Shown piece by piece: positions 36,764 to 50,105 of a stretch of 64,000 nt of DNA. Position numbers and translations under genes: made by a program. Source of the DNA: Mustelus asterias. Lineage: Eukaryota. The stretch spans positions 2,108,001 to 2,172,000 of the forward strand of contig NW_027590119.1 in NCBI RefSeq assembly GCF_964213995.1, read 5' to 3'. Under the pieces are notes generated by a model. The model did no database searches, had not been told where the DNA came from, and saw only the letters and a list, made by a program, of their open reading frames with translations. How positions within the stretch are numbered: the first letter of the stretch is position 1; the number at the start of each line of letters is the position of its first letter.

Positions 36764-36901
36764 TGACGTCACAATGGAATGGGTGAGGGTGTGACGTCAC
36801 AATGGAATGGGTGAGAGTGTGACGTCGCAATGGAATGGGTGAGGGTGTGACGTCACAATGGAATGGGTGAGAGTGTGAGGTCACAATGGAATGGGTGAGG
36901 G
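36764..36901 (+). repeat. 28-bp tandem repeat carrying TGACGTCA, 5 copies
   Basis: TGACGTCACAATGGAATGGGTGAG(A/G)GTG units. Confidence 0.9.
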
Positions 36902-37676
36902 TTCCAGATGAGCTGAGACTGGGCTGGAGTCGGGCGATGGCACTGACATGTGACCCGGTGGCACAGTGGTTAGTGCAGCTGCCTAACAGCGCCAGGGACC
37001 CGGGTTCAATTCCAGCCTCGGGTCGCTGTCTGTGCAGAGTTTCTACATTCTCCCCGTGTCTGTGTGGGTTTCCTCCGGGTGTTCCGGTTTCCTTCCACAG
37101 TCCAAAGATGTGCCGGTTAGACGGATTGGCCACGATAAATTGTCACTTGGTATCAGGGGGATTAACAGGTAAATATGTGGATAGGGCCTGGATGGGATTG
37201 TTGTCGGTGCAGGCTCGATGGGCTGAATGGCCACCTTCTACACTGTATTTTATTATTCATTATTGTTAATTAATTACTATTAATGCATCTATGAATGAAG
37301 GTGGTCTTGATGATGATGTGGACATGTGGCTGGAAGCTCATCTTGGGATGAACTATTTCACCCTGGTTGTGAACAGCCTGGTTCAGCCTCAGACAGTTGC
37401 CAGGAGGAGAGATAAAGTTGTTGGCGAGGGAGTGGAGTTTGTAGTGGGGACTGAACACAATGGGTTCAGTCTTTCCAGTATTTAAATGAAATAAATTTCT
37501 GTTCTTTCAGTACTGGATGTCAGACAAGTCAGGATGGTGTGAGAGTTGGAGAGGAACTTGGAGCTGATGGTGTTCACAGGGTTTGGAAATTCTGTCAAAG
37601 TTCCTGTTGAGTTGTAGATGTATAAAATCTCTCTCCTCACCTCCGGCGTCTCCTACTTCTCTCTGTTTCCACTCAG

Positions 37677-38066
37677 TGGGAGATGCCGGCGTTGGACTGG
37701 GGTAAGCACAGTAAGAAGTCTCACAACACCAGGTTAAAATCCAGCAGGTTTATTTGGTAGCATAAGCCACAGGCTTTCAGAGCACTGCCCCTTCATCAGG
37801 TGAGTGGGAGTTCTGTTCACAAACAGGGCATATAAAGACACAAACTCAATTTACAAGATAATGGTTGGAATGCGAGTCTTTACAGGTAATCAAGTCTTAA
37901 AGGTACAGACAATGTGAGTGGAGAGAGGGTTAAGCACAGGTTAAAGAGATGTGTATTGTCTCCAGCCAGGACAGTTAGTGAGATTTTGCAAGCCCAGGCA
38001 AGTCGTGGGGGATACAGATAGTGTGACGTGAACCCAAGGTCCCTGTTGAGGTCCGTCCTCATGTGT
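37677..38066 (-). mobile_element. 5'-truncated Penelope-like element: C-terminal tip of the ORF plus 3' pseudo-LTR with a hammerhead core
   Basis: THEDG/LNRDLGFTSHY resembles the GLNRDxGF C-terminus of PLE GIY-YIG domains; downstream CTGATGA-AGGGGC-AGT-GCTCT-GAAA core near 37772-37802; terminus shared with the palindromic elements. Confidence 0.75.
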
Positions 38067-38630
38067 GATTGACAGATCCATCCTCACTGCTTCCTGTCCT
38101 GGATGCAGAGAGCTGAAAATTTCCATGCAGGCTGCCAGACAGATATATGTCGACATTTTTGGAGTAACAATGTGTGGAATATACAGACCGAATTCACTCC
38201 ATTTCCTTCAGTTGCTGCAAGTCCCCAATTTCCCCCAGAATGAGAAAAGAAATGGAAAGGGGGAAACATTGATTTCCTCCCAGATGTTGCCCTCTTTTTA
38301 GGTCAAACCAAATAAACAAACTCAGATGAAGTCGGGACAAAAGAGGAGGGAGTTTCACTCTGAAGCTCATTGGACAATTTCCGCATTGTGACATCACAAT
38401 GGAGTCCTGCCTGATTCAGCCAATCGGAGTCACTCCGGTCCGCGGTGACGTCTCCGGGTTCCAGTGCGCAGGCCCGGGCGGGTGGACCTGGGAGCCCCGC
38501 CCCCACCCATTGTTCCCCTCCCCCTACACCACATCGAGCCAAGCTTTCCAGGCAACCGGCTGACAGTTTCGGCCAGAGCGAGAAGCCGCTCCGTGATCTT
38601 CCCCTCCCCCCGGCATGTGCGGGGTAGAGG
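38066..38630 (+). repeat. Direct-orientation paralog of the 195-685 ZNF 5'/promoter block
   Basis: TGATTGACAGATCCAT... and CCAGTGCGCAGGCCCGGGCG...GGCCAGAGCGAGAAGCCGC are shared. Confidence 0.8.
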
Positions 38631-40970
38631 GGAAGCTGCGCATGTGCAGGGGAGAACCCACCCTCTGATCTTCATGCTGAGGTGTTGACCAATGGGAAGA
38701 GTTGGAGGACCGGAAGGACTCTGGTCTTCCAGCCAAGCAGAACGTGGGCTTTGTGTGAATGAAGATTAATCTTCAGACAGACTCAAACTTCCCAAAAAAA
38801 AGACCCTAGTAATCACATTCTCATTTGATGTTTTTAAGTTTCCTTTGTACTTTGATTTTTGTGCGGGCTGTTCCCCCTCCTTTTGGGGAGCTGCCCCTTT
38901 TACTTTGTCCTGACTTAACTTGAGTTTGTTTATTTGGTTTGACCTTAAAAGAGGCCAATAGTGAGTAAAACACTTTCTTTTCAACCCCCTTTCCATTTCT
39001 TTTCTCATTCTGGGGGAAATTGGGGACTTGCAGCAACTGAAGGGAAAGGAAGTGAATCCAGGGAATGTGCAGACTCAGGTTTCTCTCTCTCTCAAACCAG
39101 AAAATGATCCATTTCTGCCCACTGTTTGCTGTTAGCCAATCTTCTATCCACGCCAATATGTTATCCCCACAGCATGAATTTTTATTTGCTGCAATAACCT
39201 TTGATGTGGCACCTCATCAAATGTCTTCTGGAAATCTAAGTACAGCGCATCCACCGGTTTCCCTTTATCCAATTCCCGATGGGGAATTTTAGAAAATTGA
39301 ACAACACATCAACTATCTCACTCTGTTAAGACCCGAGAATGAAGCCCAGCAGGACCCGAGGACTCATCAGCCCACAGCTCCAACAGTTTGCTGAGCACCA
39401 CTTCCCTGGGAATTGTGCTTTTTCAGAGTTCATCCCACACTTCTGTTTTCTGATTTCCAGCTGTTTCTGAGTTTTAACTGTATCCTCTATTGTGAACACC
39501 GAGGCAAAATACTTGTTCAATTCATCTCCCAGCTCCTTATTTTTCATTATCAATTCCTGGACTCACTTTCTATTAGACAGTTAAGAAATGAGGTGGAGCA
39601 AGTGACTGAAGTGTCAGTCAGGGAGCACTATTGGGAGCACCAATAGTTTCAAAATAGTTCTGGAAAAAGATCGGACAGGTTCACAGGTCAAGGCCCTAAA
39701 CTGGAGCAGGGCCACTTTTGTGGGCATTAGGCAGGATCTAGCAGATGTCGATTAGGTGAGTTTGTTTGAAGGGAAAGGAATGACTGGCAAATGGGAGGTT
39801 TTAAAAGTGTGATATCAAGAGTCCAGGGGCAGTATATTCCTGTTACGATGCAGGGAAAGAATGGTAAATTTAGGGATCTCTGGCAGACAAGGGACATTGA
39901 AGCTCTGGTCAGGTAAAAGAAGGAAGCAGACATTGGGTTTAGGCAATCGGGGACAAGTGAATCACTCTGACTATAAAAAGTGTAAGAAAAAACTGAAGAG
40001 GGAAATCAGGAGGACAAAAAGAGGGGACGATATGGATCTGGCAGGTAAGATTAAAGAAAATTCCAAGAGGTTCGAGAGCTATATTAAGAGTAAAAGGGTG
40101 GCTAGAGAGAGAATAGATCCCCTTAAAAATCAGTATGGCCATCTGTGTGTGGAGCCACAGGAGATGGGTGAGATTTTTAATGAATACTTCTCCTCTGTGT
40201 TTACCGCGGAGAGCACCATGGGTGTAAAAGAAATAAGGGAAACAAGTGATGTCTTGGGCACACGCATGTTACTTGGGAGGAGGTATCTGCAGCCTTATAA
40301 AAGCAAATTACTGCGGATGCAGGAATTTGAAACCAAGAGAGAAAATGCTGGAAAATCTCAGCAGGTCTGGCAGCATCTGTAAGGAGAGAAAAGAGCTGAT
40401 GTTTCTTGTCTCGATGACCCTTTGTCAAAGCTCTGAAACATCAGTGCTTTTCTCTCCATCCAGATGCTGCCAGACCTGCTGAGAATGGGGAGAGTGTGTG
40501 TGGGATGGAGATTTACAGCTTTTGGGGAATGAGAGAGGAAAGAATGTTCCATAGAAATTGTCTGTTCTGAATTTCTATCCTGTACTGACACTGATGACTT
40601 TTGTAAACTCATTTTACAGGATATTGAAAGAGGAATCACAGGCCGAAATCTCAAACGTCACGTCTAGACGTGACAGAATCATATTCCTTGGGACCTCAAT
40701 ATCATCGGACTTTGAATCCAGAAGGAGAAATGATTGTCCAGTCTGTCAATTTGAAAAGATTTGAAATGTCAGTGTGAGTGAAAAAGCATCAACACACTGC
40801 CATACTCGAGTGAGAGTGTTCCAATGCACTGACTAAAGAGCTTTAACCAGTTACACAGCCTGAATAAATATCACACCATTCACAGCGGGTAGAGACTGTA
40901 ATCTTGTCCTGTGTGTGGACGAAGTTTCAACTGATTGTCCACCCAAGAGAGAGGCAAGGTCACCTGCACC

Positions 40971-41477
40971 ATGGAGAAACCATGGAAATGTGCGGACTGT
41001 GGGAAGAGATACAGAGCCCCATGTCTGCTGGAAGCTCATCGGCGCAGCCACACTGGGGAGAGACCATTCACCTGCTCTCAATGTGGGAAGGGATTCATTC
41101 AGTCATCCCACCTGCAGTCACACCAGCGAGTTCACACTGGAGAGAGGCCATTCACCTGCTCTCAGTGTGGGAAGGGATTCACTCAGTTATCCAGCCTGCA
41201 GACACACCAGCGAGTTCACACTGGGGAGAGGCTGTTCACCTGCTCTCAGTGTGGGAAGGGATTCACTCGGTTACCCGACCTGCGGACACACCAGCGAGTT
41301 CACACTGGGGAGAAACCATTCATCTGTTCTCAGTGTGGGAAGGGATTCACTCGGTCATCCACCCTGCTGACACATCAGCCAGTTCACACTGGGGAGACAC
41401 CATTCACCTGCTGTCAGTGTGGAAAGGGTTTCAGCGTTTCATCCCGGCTGCTGAGACACCAGCGAGTTCACGAGTGA
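40971..41477 (+). CDS. C2H2 zinc-finger protein, 6 fingers (inverted-duplicate counterpart of 9354-10280)
   Basis: ATG of MEKPWKC at 40971; six fingers; flanks are the reverse complement of those of the 11-finger gene. Confidence 0.85.
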   Translation: MEKPWKCADCGKRYRAPCLLEAHRRSHTGERPFTCSQCGKGFIQSSHLQSHQRVHTGERPFTCSQCGKGFTQLSSLQTHQRVHTGERLFTCSQCGKGFTRLPDLRTHQRVHTGEKPFICSQCGKGFTRSSTLLTHQPVHTGETPFTCCQCGKGFSVSSRLLRHQRVHE

Positions 41478-41719
41478 TGACAGGGGTTGGATTCTGCTGT
41501 TATTGTTTCTGCTCTCAATTACATCCAGGACTGCATTTTGTTCATTCTCACAGTTGGTCAATGGGGAGGGTCAGAGGGTTTCTTTCTGCTGGACTGGCCG
41601 GTCTCAGCCTCCAGGGCGCTGATGCTCTTTGAGTCTTTTTGCGAATACCTGGTTTCAAATGTCACGAGGATCACAGAGTGACAGGGTGTTAGGAAGTTTA
41701 GAGATATTTAGTCAGAAGA

Positions 41720-42755
41720 AAACAGAGGTTGGCAGTGCAAAGGTACATTTCTGAATGGAGGGCTGTGACAAGTGACATTCCTCAGCGATCAGTGCTGGGA
41801 CTTTTGCTGTTTGTAATATATATAAATGATTTGGAGGAAAATGTAACTGGTTTGATTGATAAGTTTGTGGACGACACAAAGGTTGGTGGAATTGCGGATA
41901 GCGATGGGGACCGGCAGAGGATACAGCAGGATATAGATCAGTTGGAGACTTGGGTGGAGAGATGGCAGATGAAGTTGAATCCGGACAAATGTGAGGTAAT
42001 GCATTTTGGAAGGTCTAATACAGATGGGAAATATACAGTAAATGGCAGAACCCTTAAGAGTATTCATAGGTAGAGGGATCTGGGTGTACAGGTGCACAGG
42101 TCATTGAAAGTGGCAATGAGATGGAGAAGATAATCAAGAAGGCATACGGCATGCTTGCCTTCATCGGCCGGGGCATTGAGTTTAAAAATTGGCAAGTCAT
42201 GTTGCAGCTTTATAGAACCTTTGTTAGACCGCACTTGGAATCTAGTGTTCAATTCTGGTCACCACACTACCCGGAGAATGTGGAGGCTTTGGAGAGGGTA
42301 CGGAAAATATTTATCAGGATGTTGCCTGGTGTGGAGGGCATTAGCTATGAGGAGAGTTGGAGAAACTTGGTTTGTTCTCACTGGAACGACGGAGGTTGAG
42401 GAGGGCGACTTGATGGAAGTCTACAAGATTATGACAGGTTGGACAGAGTGGATACTCAGAAGCTTTTTCCCAGGGTGGAAGAGCCAGTTACTGGGGGGCA
42501 TAGGTTTAAGGTGCGAGGGGCAAGGTTTAAAGGAGATGTACGAGGCAGGTTTTTTACACAGAGGTTGGTGGGTGCCTGGAACTCATTGCCGGGGAAGGTA
42601 GTGGAAGCAGATACGATAGTGACTTTAAGATGTGTCTTGACAAATATATGAATAGCATAGGAATAGAGGGATATTGTCCCCGGAAAGGTAGGGGGTTTTA
42701 GTTCAGACGGGCAGCATGGTTGCTACAGGCTTGGAGGGCCTGTTTCTGTGCTGTA
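41720..42755 (+). mobile_element. CR1-type LINE 3' portion
   Basis: KFVDDTKVGG, RPHLESSVQFWSP and 3' UTR. Confidence 0.85.
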
Positions 42756-42764
42756 ATTTTATAG

Positions 42765-43293
42765 AGAATTGAATAGAATCCCTACAGTACAGAAGGAGGC
42801 CATTCGGCCCATCGAGTCTGTACCGACCACAATCCCACCCACGCCCTACTCCCGCAAGTTCACACATTTGCTAATCCCCCTGACACTAGGATCGGCATGG
42901 GGCGCTAAGGGGCGGCACGGTAGCACAGTGGTTAGCACTGCTGCTTCACAGCACCAGGGTCCCGGGTTCGATTCCCGGCTCAGGTCACTGTCTGTGTGGA
43001 GTTTGCACATTCTCCTCGTGTCTGCGTGGGTTTCCTCCGGGTGCTCCGGTTTCCTCCCACAGTCCAAAGATGTGCGGGTTAGGTTGATTGGCCAGGTTAA
43101 AAATTGCCCCTTAGAGTCCTGAGATGCGTAGATTAGTGGGATTAGCGGGTAAATATGTGGGGGTAGGGCCTGGGTGGGATTGTGGTCGGTGCAGACTCGA
43201 TGGGCCGAATGGCCTCCTTCTGCACTGTAGGGTTTCTATGATTCTATGATCAATTTAGTATGGCCAATCAACCTAACCTGCACATCTTTGGAC
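42765..43293. mobile_element. Full-length + strand HE1-type SINE (about 42911-43250) nested in a minus-strand SINE
   Basis: The minus-strand SINE stops near 42910 and resumes at 43251 (CAATTTAGTATGGCCAATCAACC). Confidence 0.8.
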
Positions 43294-46200
43294 ATTTATT
43301 GGTGAAACTAACAATGCAATAACACGAAGGGCCGATAAAACAGGTGGATGTGATCATCAACAGAGCCCAATTCCCTAAACCTTTTTCATATAGACTTTCA
43401 CCCGTGCCCTCCTGGCGACCCCACAACATCTCCATCTCCCGTGGTCCAGCGCCACATCAACACGTCCCCCCAGGATGCACATCAGAACTGGAGGCAGCCA
43501 GCTGCACTCCGCACCCATTTGCCTGTGATGCCCCTGGCAGGCGTCTGCTGGAGAGCTGGGACCTAGAGGGGTCCAGCCGTCTTCCTGGTGATATGGATGT
43601 ATCCTTGCCTTGCTGTTCACCCTGCTGCTCTTGAGATGCACCGGTGTCAGGAAAGGCGGAGTCGGAAAGCCCTGCATCCCATCGGCCGGAATCCCCCGGG
43701 TGGAACGCCCCAGCACCGTCCCCAGGCCCCCCTCCTCCCTCGAGGCGCCAATGGACCCCTGGGTCATTCCGTGGGACGGTGAAGCTGACCTGGGGGAGGG
43801 AGTGGTGATTGGGAAATTCTGCAGGGGTGGTGATTGAGGAGGGGGTTAGGGGGGGGAGCTCTGCAGGAGTCCTGATGGGGGAGGGAGCTGGTGATCGGGG
43901 AAACTCTGCAGGGGTGGTGATCGGGGAGGGGGCGAGAGGGGGAACTCTCCTGGACAATAAAGGAATCAGCTATAACTGAGCAAGAAGTCGGTTTAAATGT
44001 GGAATTGAGTGGAATTTTCTCTCTGGATTTAAACAATGGAGAAACTGCAAACATGGAAGAAAATACATTTCAAAATGTGAACTCTGTACAGACTGTTTTC
44101 AAAATAGAACTTGAAAATTCACAAATGAACAGCAATGAAGACTCTCCTTTTGCAGGAGGAACTTTGGACTATAATTATTGTAAAAAGAAAACCGTCAGAA
44201 AAGACTGCAAGCAGTAATTTCCATCTTCAGTGGACTGAATTCCTGGACATGGAACCCAGCAGTGTGCTGTTACCAAGCTGGACTTGTGAATGTGAAGTGG
44301 ACAATGGAGGGATTATTATGTCTATTGCAAGTTATAAGATAGATCAACATAGGAAAACAGTGGATTTAGGAACAGGAGGAGGCCATTTGGCCCTTCGAGC
44401 CTGCTCCACCATTCAATAAGATCATGGCTGTTGTTAAGATATACAGCATGTTGTATATTGTAATATTCTCAATGGGATATTATGAAGGTGATACATTTCC
44501 ATTTCTTCCTGTTTTTGTTACAAAAATCTAATTTTATAATTCCTATGTTTTAGAAATAAGAATTAGTTGCAAGAATTGCTTTAAAAAATGGAAAACCTGG
44601 ATTGAGAATCTGACAAAAACACCCTCAGGGAATTCGCAGTCACAAAGCATGGCCCATGTTGGTTTAAGAAGTCAAAACTTGAGAGGTAAGAACTGTAAAA
44701 GGTCAGCTGGATCTTTTAGCTGGAGACATTGGGACTGACAATTATTGTACTGTTTTTGTTAGGTGAATTCTTCATGCAGAGCTCAGGAAAAAAGGTCTAA
44801 TTTTGAAGCTGAATATCTGTTCGATATTCAATCGTCTCTGTTACCATGGGGATATGTGATTCAGTGTGGACCCTTGGTTAGAATTAGACCATAAGATAGA
44901 GGAGCAAAATTAGGTTATTCGGCCCATCGAATCTGCTGTGCCATTCGATCATGGCTGATAAATCTCAATCCCATTCTCTTGCCTTTTCCCCGTAACCTTT
45001 TGAGTCCTTTCCAATCAATGACCTGCTTCCAGCGGACAGTCTGCAGTTAGCTTGGAAGCCACCAGTTGTGGGACCAGGAGCTGTGAACCAGCTGTGGGAC
45101 TAGAAGCCTAGAGGACCATTAGAAACCAGGGGTGTTTCCAACATTTAAATCCCTCAGCAAGAATGCAGTGAAGCCCATGTTTGGACTGAGGAGTCCACAG
45201 TTTGAGAGCTTAAAGGAAAATTGGAGGCTTGTTTAGTGAAAAGATAATGGATGGATTCCCATTAACTCTTGGAGCTTGGAGAATATCTGGAGTACTGGGG
45301 AGAATTAAAGTGAATTGTAGAGAGCTTTGACATACCTTTGGGATGGTCCTGGGAACAAAAGTGAATGAACCTTGAAGATATCATTAAGTATAAAGAAACT
45401 CTTGGGGTGAGGTAAAAAAATAGAACTAGGTTTATATCATAAATCTTTATTGAGTGTAGCATTCAATTTGTAGTGTTGTCTTTTTAAATTTTATTTAAGC
45501 ATACAGTAAAGTTTGTTGTTGTTTAAAAATGCAGAATCTTGTGATGTAATTCTTTCAGTTAATCACTGGGTGTTCGAATTTCTCTGCAAACGTTAACAGT
45601 CCTGACCGGGATCGCAAAAGTTCACACAAACAGTGTTTCAAAACAAATCGAAGAAAAAGATGTTTTTTCTCCTTCAGTACAAACATTACACATGAAGAGA
45701 CCCTCTTCTGGTATCTCCAATAATTTGTTGCTTCGAGCAATTCTTTTCATGGAACAATCAGATAATTGATGACTGAAAATGGAACTAATTGTATTCCTTT
45801 AAAGCAGGAGGGCGATCGCCCGGCACAGAGGGGAATCTGGGATTTCTCCCATAGACCAATTGACAGGGATTCTACCCTCCAACCACCTGAAGTGAATTCT
45901 TTACATGAATCATCCGTGCCAGTGCAGTTATCAACTTGCAGTTTGGCTGATCAGAAAATGCTTTGTTGCTGATTTTCCTTGTGTTAGGAAGTGACAATGC
46001 CAAGGCCAGATCTTGTTTCCTCCTTGATCGGGATGTAACCCGTGTCCACATCGCCACTTCATTCGTCCACTGGTTGTATGGTTTAGACTCCGAGAGCATC
46101 AGCAGGTAATCAGACCCCGACAATTCCCACTGCCTTTCAGTCATTTCTCACAAAAGCTGCTGGGATTGGAAGCTTCCGTCTGAAATATACTTTCTTTTAG

Positions 46201-46462
46201 TTTCCAACCTTCACCATGAGACAAGCATTTTCTGTTACCATGTTATAATCCTGACAGCCTTGGGGTGGAGTCAATCTTTATTTGGTACAGATTTGTTCAC
46301 AGAATCAAACATTACAGGTTCAACTCTGACTCCAAGTTATATTAGTGAGTCCCACTTTTTACCTGCTCATTATAACTATCTAATCAGTGCCCTCCATCTG
46401 AATAAACTTAACCTCTATTGATATAATTAACAGCCACAGTCAGAGCATCCGAAAGATCACTA

Positions 46463-47550
46463 ATAGGTGTGACTGCCATGGTGTGTCAGCAGCTTGGGTG
46501 AACAAGTGAATCCTTTCTCACACACTGAGCAGGTGAATGGTCTCAGTTTGGAAACAAAGGGAAAATAAAATTTCAGGCAGAAGCTTCCAATCTGGTAGGT
46601 TTTATGAGAAATCGCTGAAAGTGAGTGGGAATTATCAGGGTCTCTCCCCAGTGTGAATTCCCTGATGTTTCAGTAGGTCAGATGATGTTCTAAACCTCTT
46701 TGCACAGTGAGAGCGCCTGAACGGGGTCTCCTCAGTGTGAATGCGCTGGTCGACCCTCAGGTAGGCTCAGGTTTTAAAGCAGCTCCCACAGTCAGAGCAT
46801 TGAACAGGTTTCTTATTGGGGGAGGTGCCTCAGTATTCCAGCAGACTGGATGATTGACTGAGTCACTTCCCACACACACATCAGATGAATGGCCTTTCCC
46901 CAGTGTGTAATCGTTTGTGTCTCAGCAGACTAGATAATTGAGTGAATCCCTTCCAACACTCGGAGCAGATGAATGGCCTCGGCCCAGTGTGAATGCGTTG
47001 GTTTGTCAGCGGGAGGGATGAGCGAGTGAATCCCTTCCCACGCTCTGAGCAGGGGAACAGTCCCTCACCCGTGTGAAATCGCTGGTGATTCTGCAGGGTA
47101 GATGACTGAGTGAATCCCTTTCCACACACACAACAGGTGAATGGTCTCTCCCCATTGTGAACCCGCTGGTGTGTCAGCAGGGCAGACGAATCGCTGAATT
47201 TCTTCCCACACTCAGAGCAGGTGAATGGCCTCTCCCTGATGTGAAGTCGCTGGTAATTCCTCAGGGTGGATGAATCACGAAATCCCCTTCCAAACTCAGA
47301 TCAGGTGAACGGTGTCTCCACAGTGAGGCTGCATCGAAGGGTTTCCAGCTTCGAGGGACAATTGAATCCCTTCCCACAGTCCCTACATTTCCACGGTCTG
47401 AGTGTCTTTGTACATCTCCAGGTTCAGATGAAGGTTTGACCCCACAGATAACACATACATGGTCTCTCTCCTCACTGTGAATCCTTCAATCTTTTCCAGG
47501 CTGTGTAACTGGTTAAAGCTCTTTCCACAGTCAGTTCACTGGAATACTCT
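46463..47550 (-). pseudogene. C2H2 zinc-finger pseudogene (inverted copy of 3330-4396)
   Basis: Reverse complement of the left-arm pseudogene, sharing the same stop and most lesions. Confidence 0.85.
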
Positions 47551-49002
47551 CACTCGAGTGTCTGTGTCTCAGTGATTTTCCAGTCACACTGATGTTTAAA
47601 CAGTTTGAAGGAACAGACAAACATTTTCCATTCTAGTTTCAAATGCCGATGGTATTCAGATCCTGAATAATTGGGTGACTCTGTCAGATCCTAACGTCAT
47701 GTTTGTTGAGATTTGTGTCCGTAAATTCTCCCCTTCTAATAGCCTGTGAAAGAAATTCACAAAAATCATTGCTGCCAGTCCAGGATAAAAACTCAGAACA
47801 GACAATTCTAGTTTCTGTGGAACATTCTTTCCTCTCATTCTTGAAAATTTGTAAATCTCCATCCCAAACACTCTCCCTCCATTCTCACTTTGCTGGACCT
47901 GAAATAGACATTGTCCTGAGGGTGCTGATTCATCCTAATCGACAGATCCGTGCTGACTGTTTCATGTACAGGACACATATTCCTGAAATCTTCACACAGG
48001 CTTGTGTCTAAGCATATCAAAAATTTGCATATTTAGTGAAGTAAAAATGTATGCAATATTCAGCACTCTATTACATGATTAGAGATACAGATGGGTGCGG
48101 AAGAACTTGACTTAGGGAGCAAGCAATCATGTTCTGGAACTCACTGACGATGGGAATGGTGGAAGTGGAGACGACCAGTGATTTCAAAATAAAATTGGTC
48201 GGGCACTTGAAGGAATTAAACATACTGGGGAACAGGGATAGCGAGGAAAAATGGCACTGAGTGGATTCCCCGACAGAGACTTGGCACGGACTCAAGCTGC
48301 TGAATTGATTTATCTTGTGCTCTGCTGACTCTTTGACTGGAAAATATACAGTGTAGTTACAATACTATTCTGGAATTAAACAACATCAACTGTAATACAA
48401 ATCCATAAATAACATACCTATTATGCACCATATAGTAAGAAGTCTCACAACACCAGGTTAAAGTCCAACAGGTTTATTAGGAATCACAAGCTTTCAGAGT
48501 GCTGCCCCTTCATCAGGTGAGAAGGAGCAGCGCTTTGAAAGCTCGTGATTCCAAATAAACCCATTGGACTTTAACCAGGTGTTGTGAGACTTCTTACTGG
48601 GCCCACCCCAGTCCAATACCGGCATCTCCACATCATATGCACCATATAACAACACCAGACATATCAATGTTGTTACGATCCTCATGGTCACCTTATAATA
48701 AACAAATTCCCACAAATCCCAATGGAATAAACTGAAAGACAATGTTTCATTTTTTTTAAATTTTACTTTAAAAATTAATCTAAAATTAACATCACTGAAT
48801 CATGCATTAAGAAACAGTATTTGAATAGACAAGATAAATTACACTTTAAAAGTTCAGACAATAAAAACAGGTTCCACAAAATCACAAACATTTCCCCCTC
48901 ACTATATTTAGCTCTAATTCCAGTTCCAGAGAATTTCTCTGTCTCTGTATTTCCCAGAGGGAGAAAGAAAGTGTTTTCCTCACAGATGTTGGCCAGAGGA
49001 GG

Positions 49003-49516
49003 AAGTTTGAGTCTGTGTGTGAAGTTTGAGCCTGTGGTGAAGTTTGAGTCTGTGGTGAAGTTTGAGTCTGTGGTGAAGTTTGAGTCTGTGGTGAAGTTTG
49101 AGTCTGTGTGTGAAGTTTGAGTCTGTGGTGAAGTTTGAGTCTGTGTGTGAAGTTTGAGTCTGTGTGTGAAGTTTGAGTCTGGTGAAGTTTGAGTCTGTGG
49201 TGAAGTTTGAGTCTGTGGTGAAGTTTGAGTCTGTGGTGAAGTTTGAGTCTGTGGTGAAGTTTGAGTCTGTGGTGAAGTTTGAGTCTGTGGTGAAGTTTGA
49301 GTCTGTGGTGAAGTTTGAGTCTGTGTGTGAAGTTTGAGTCTGTGTGTGAAGTTTGAGTCTGTGTGTGAAGTTTGAGTCTGTGTGTGAAGTTTGAGTCTGT
49401 GGTGAAGTTTGAGTCTGTGGTGAAGTTTGAGTCTGTGGTGAAGTTTGAGTCTGTGGTGAAGTTTGAGTCTGTGGTGAAGTTTGAGTCTGTGGTGAAGTTT
49501 GAGTCTGTGGTGAAGC
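49003..49516 (-). repeat. Inverted copy of the 18/19-bp minisatellite
   Basis: (GTGAAGTTTGAGTCTGTG)n. Confidence 0.95.
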
Positions 49517-49594
49517 TAAAGACAGAAGCTGTTCTGTTTCAAATCAAACTGCGGGACTTGGAAGAAAATGATGGAAAGAGATTTTGCAATCCCC

Positions 49595-50105
49595 CCAGGC
49601 AGCGTACTCCAGACTGTCACCACCCTCTGGGTAAACAGGTTTTCCTCACATTCCCCCGAAACCTCCTGTCCCTCACCTTGAACCTATTTCGCCTTGTGAC
49701 TGACCCTTCAATTAAGGGGAATAGCTGCTCTTTATCCACTCTGTCCGTGTATCTCATAATCTTGTACACCTCGATCAGGTCGCCCCTCAGTTTTCTCTGC
49801 TCCAACGAAAACAAGCCAAGCCTACCCAACCTTGCTTCATAACTTAAATGTTCTATCCCAGGTAGTATCCTGGTAAATATCTTCTGCACCCCCTGCATTG
49901 CAATCACATCCTTCCGAGAATGTGGCGACCTGAACTGCACACGGTACTCAAGCTGTGGCCTCACCAAAGTTCTGCACAGTTCCAACATGAGTTCCCTGCT
50001 TTTGCAACCTATATCATGATTGACAAAGTGAAGTGTCACGTATGCCCTTTTCACCACCCTACTAACATACCCTTCCTCTTTCAGACATCTGTGGACAAAC
50101 CCGCC
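49595..50105 (-). mobile_element. CR1-type LINE fragment at the outer breakpoint of the right arm
   Basis: LVRPQLEYRVQFRSPH...LRGDLIEVYKIM. Confidence 0.8.

Larger units (their letters stand above)
36002..49589 (-). repeat. Right arm of the inverted duplication, with unshared blocks at about 36520-39290 and 42346-43949
   Basis: Same alignments as the left arm; boundaries judged by eye. Confidence 0.9.

Noticed and set aside
42924-42965. Perfect CACAGTG heptamers in SINE heads as possible RSSs
   Set aside because: No nonamer at 12- or 23-bp spacing; the heptamer is part of the tRNA-derived A box.
48821-49842. ORFs with VKFESV repeats
   Set aside because: Translation of the 18-bp minisatellite running into antisense CR1.
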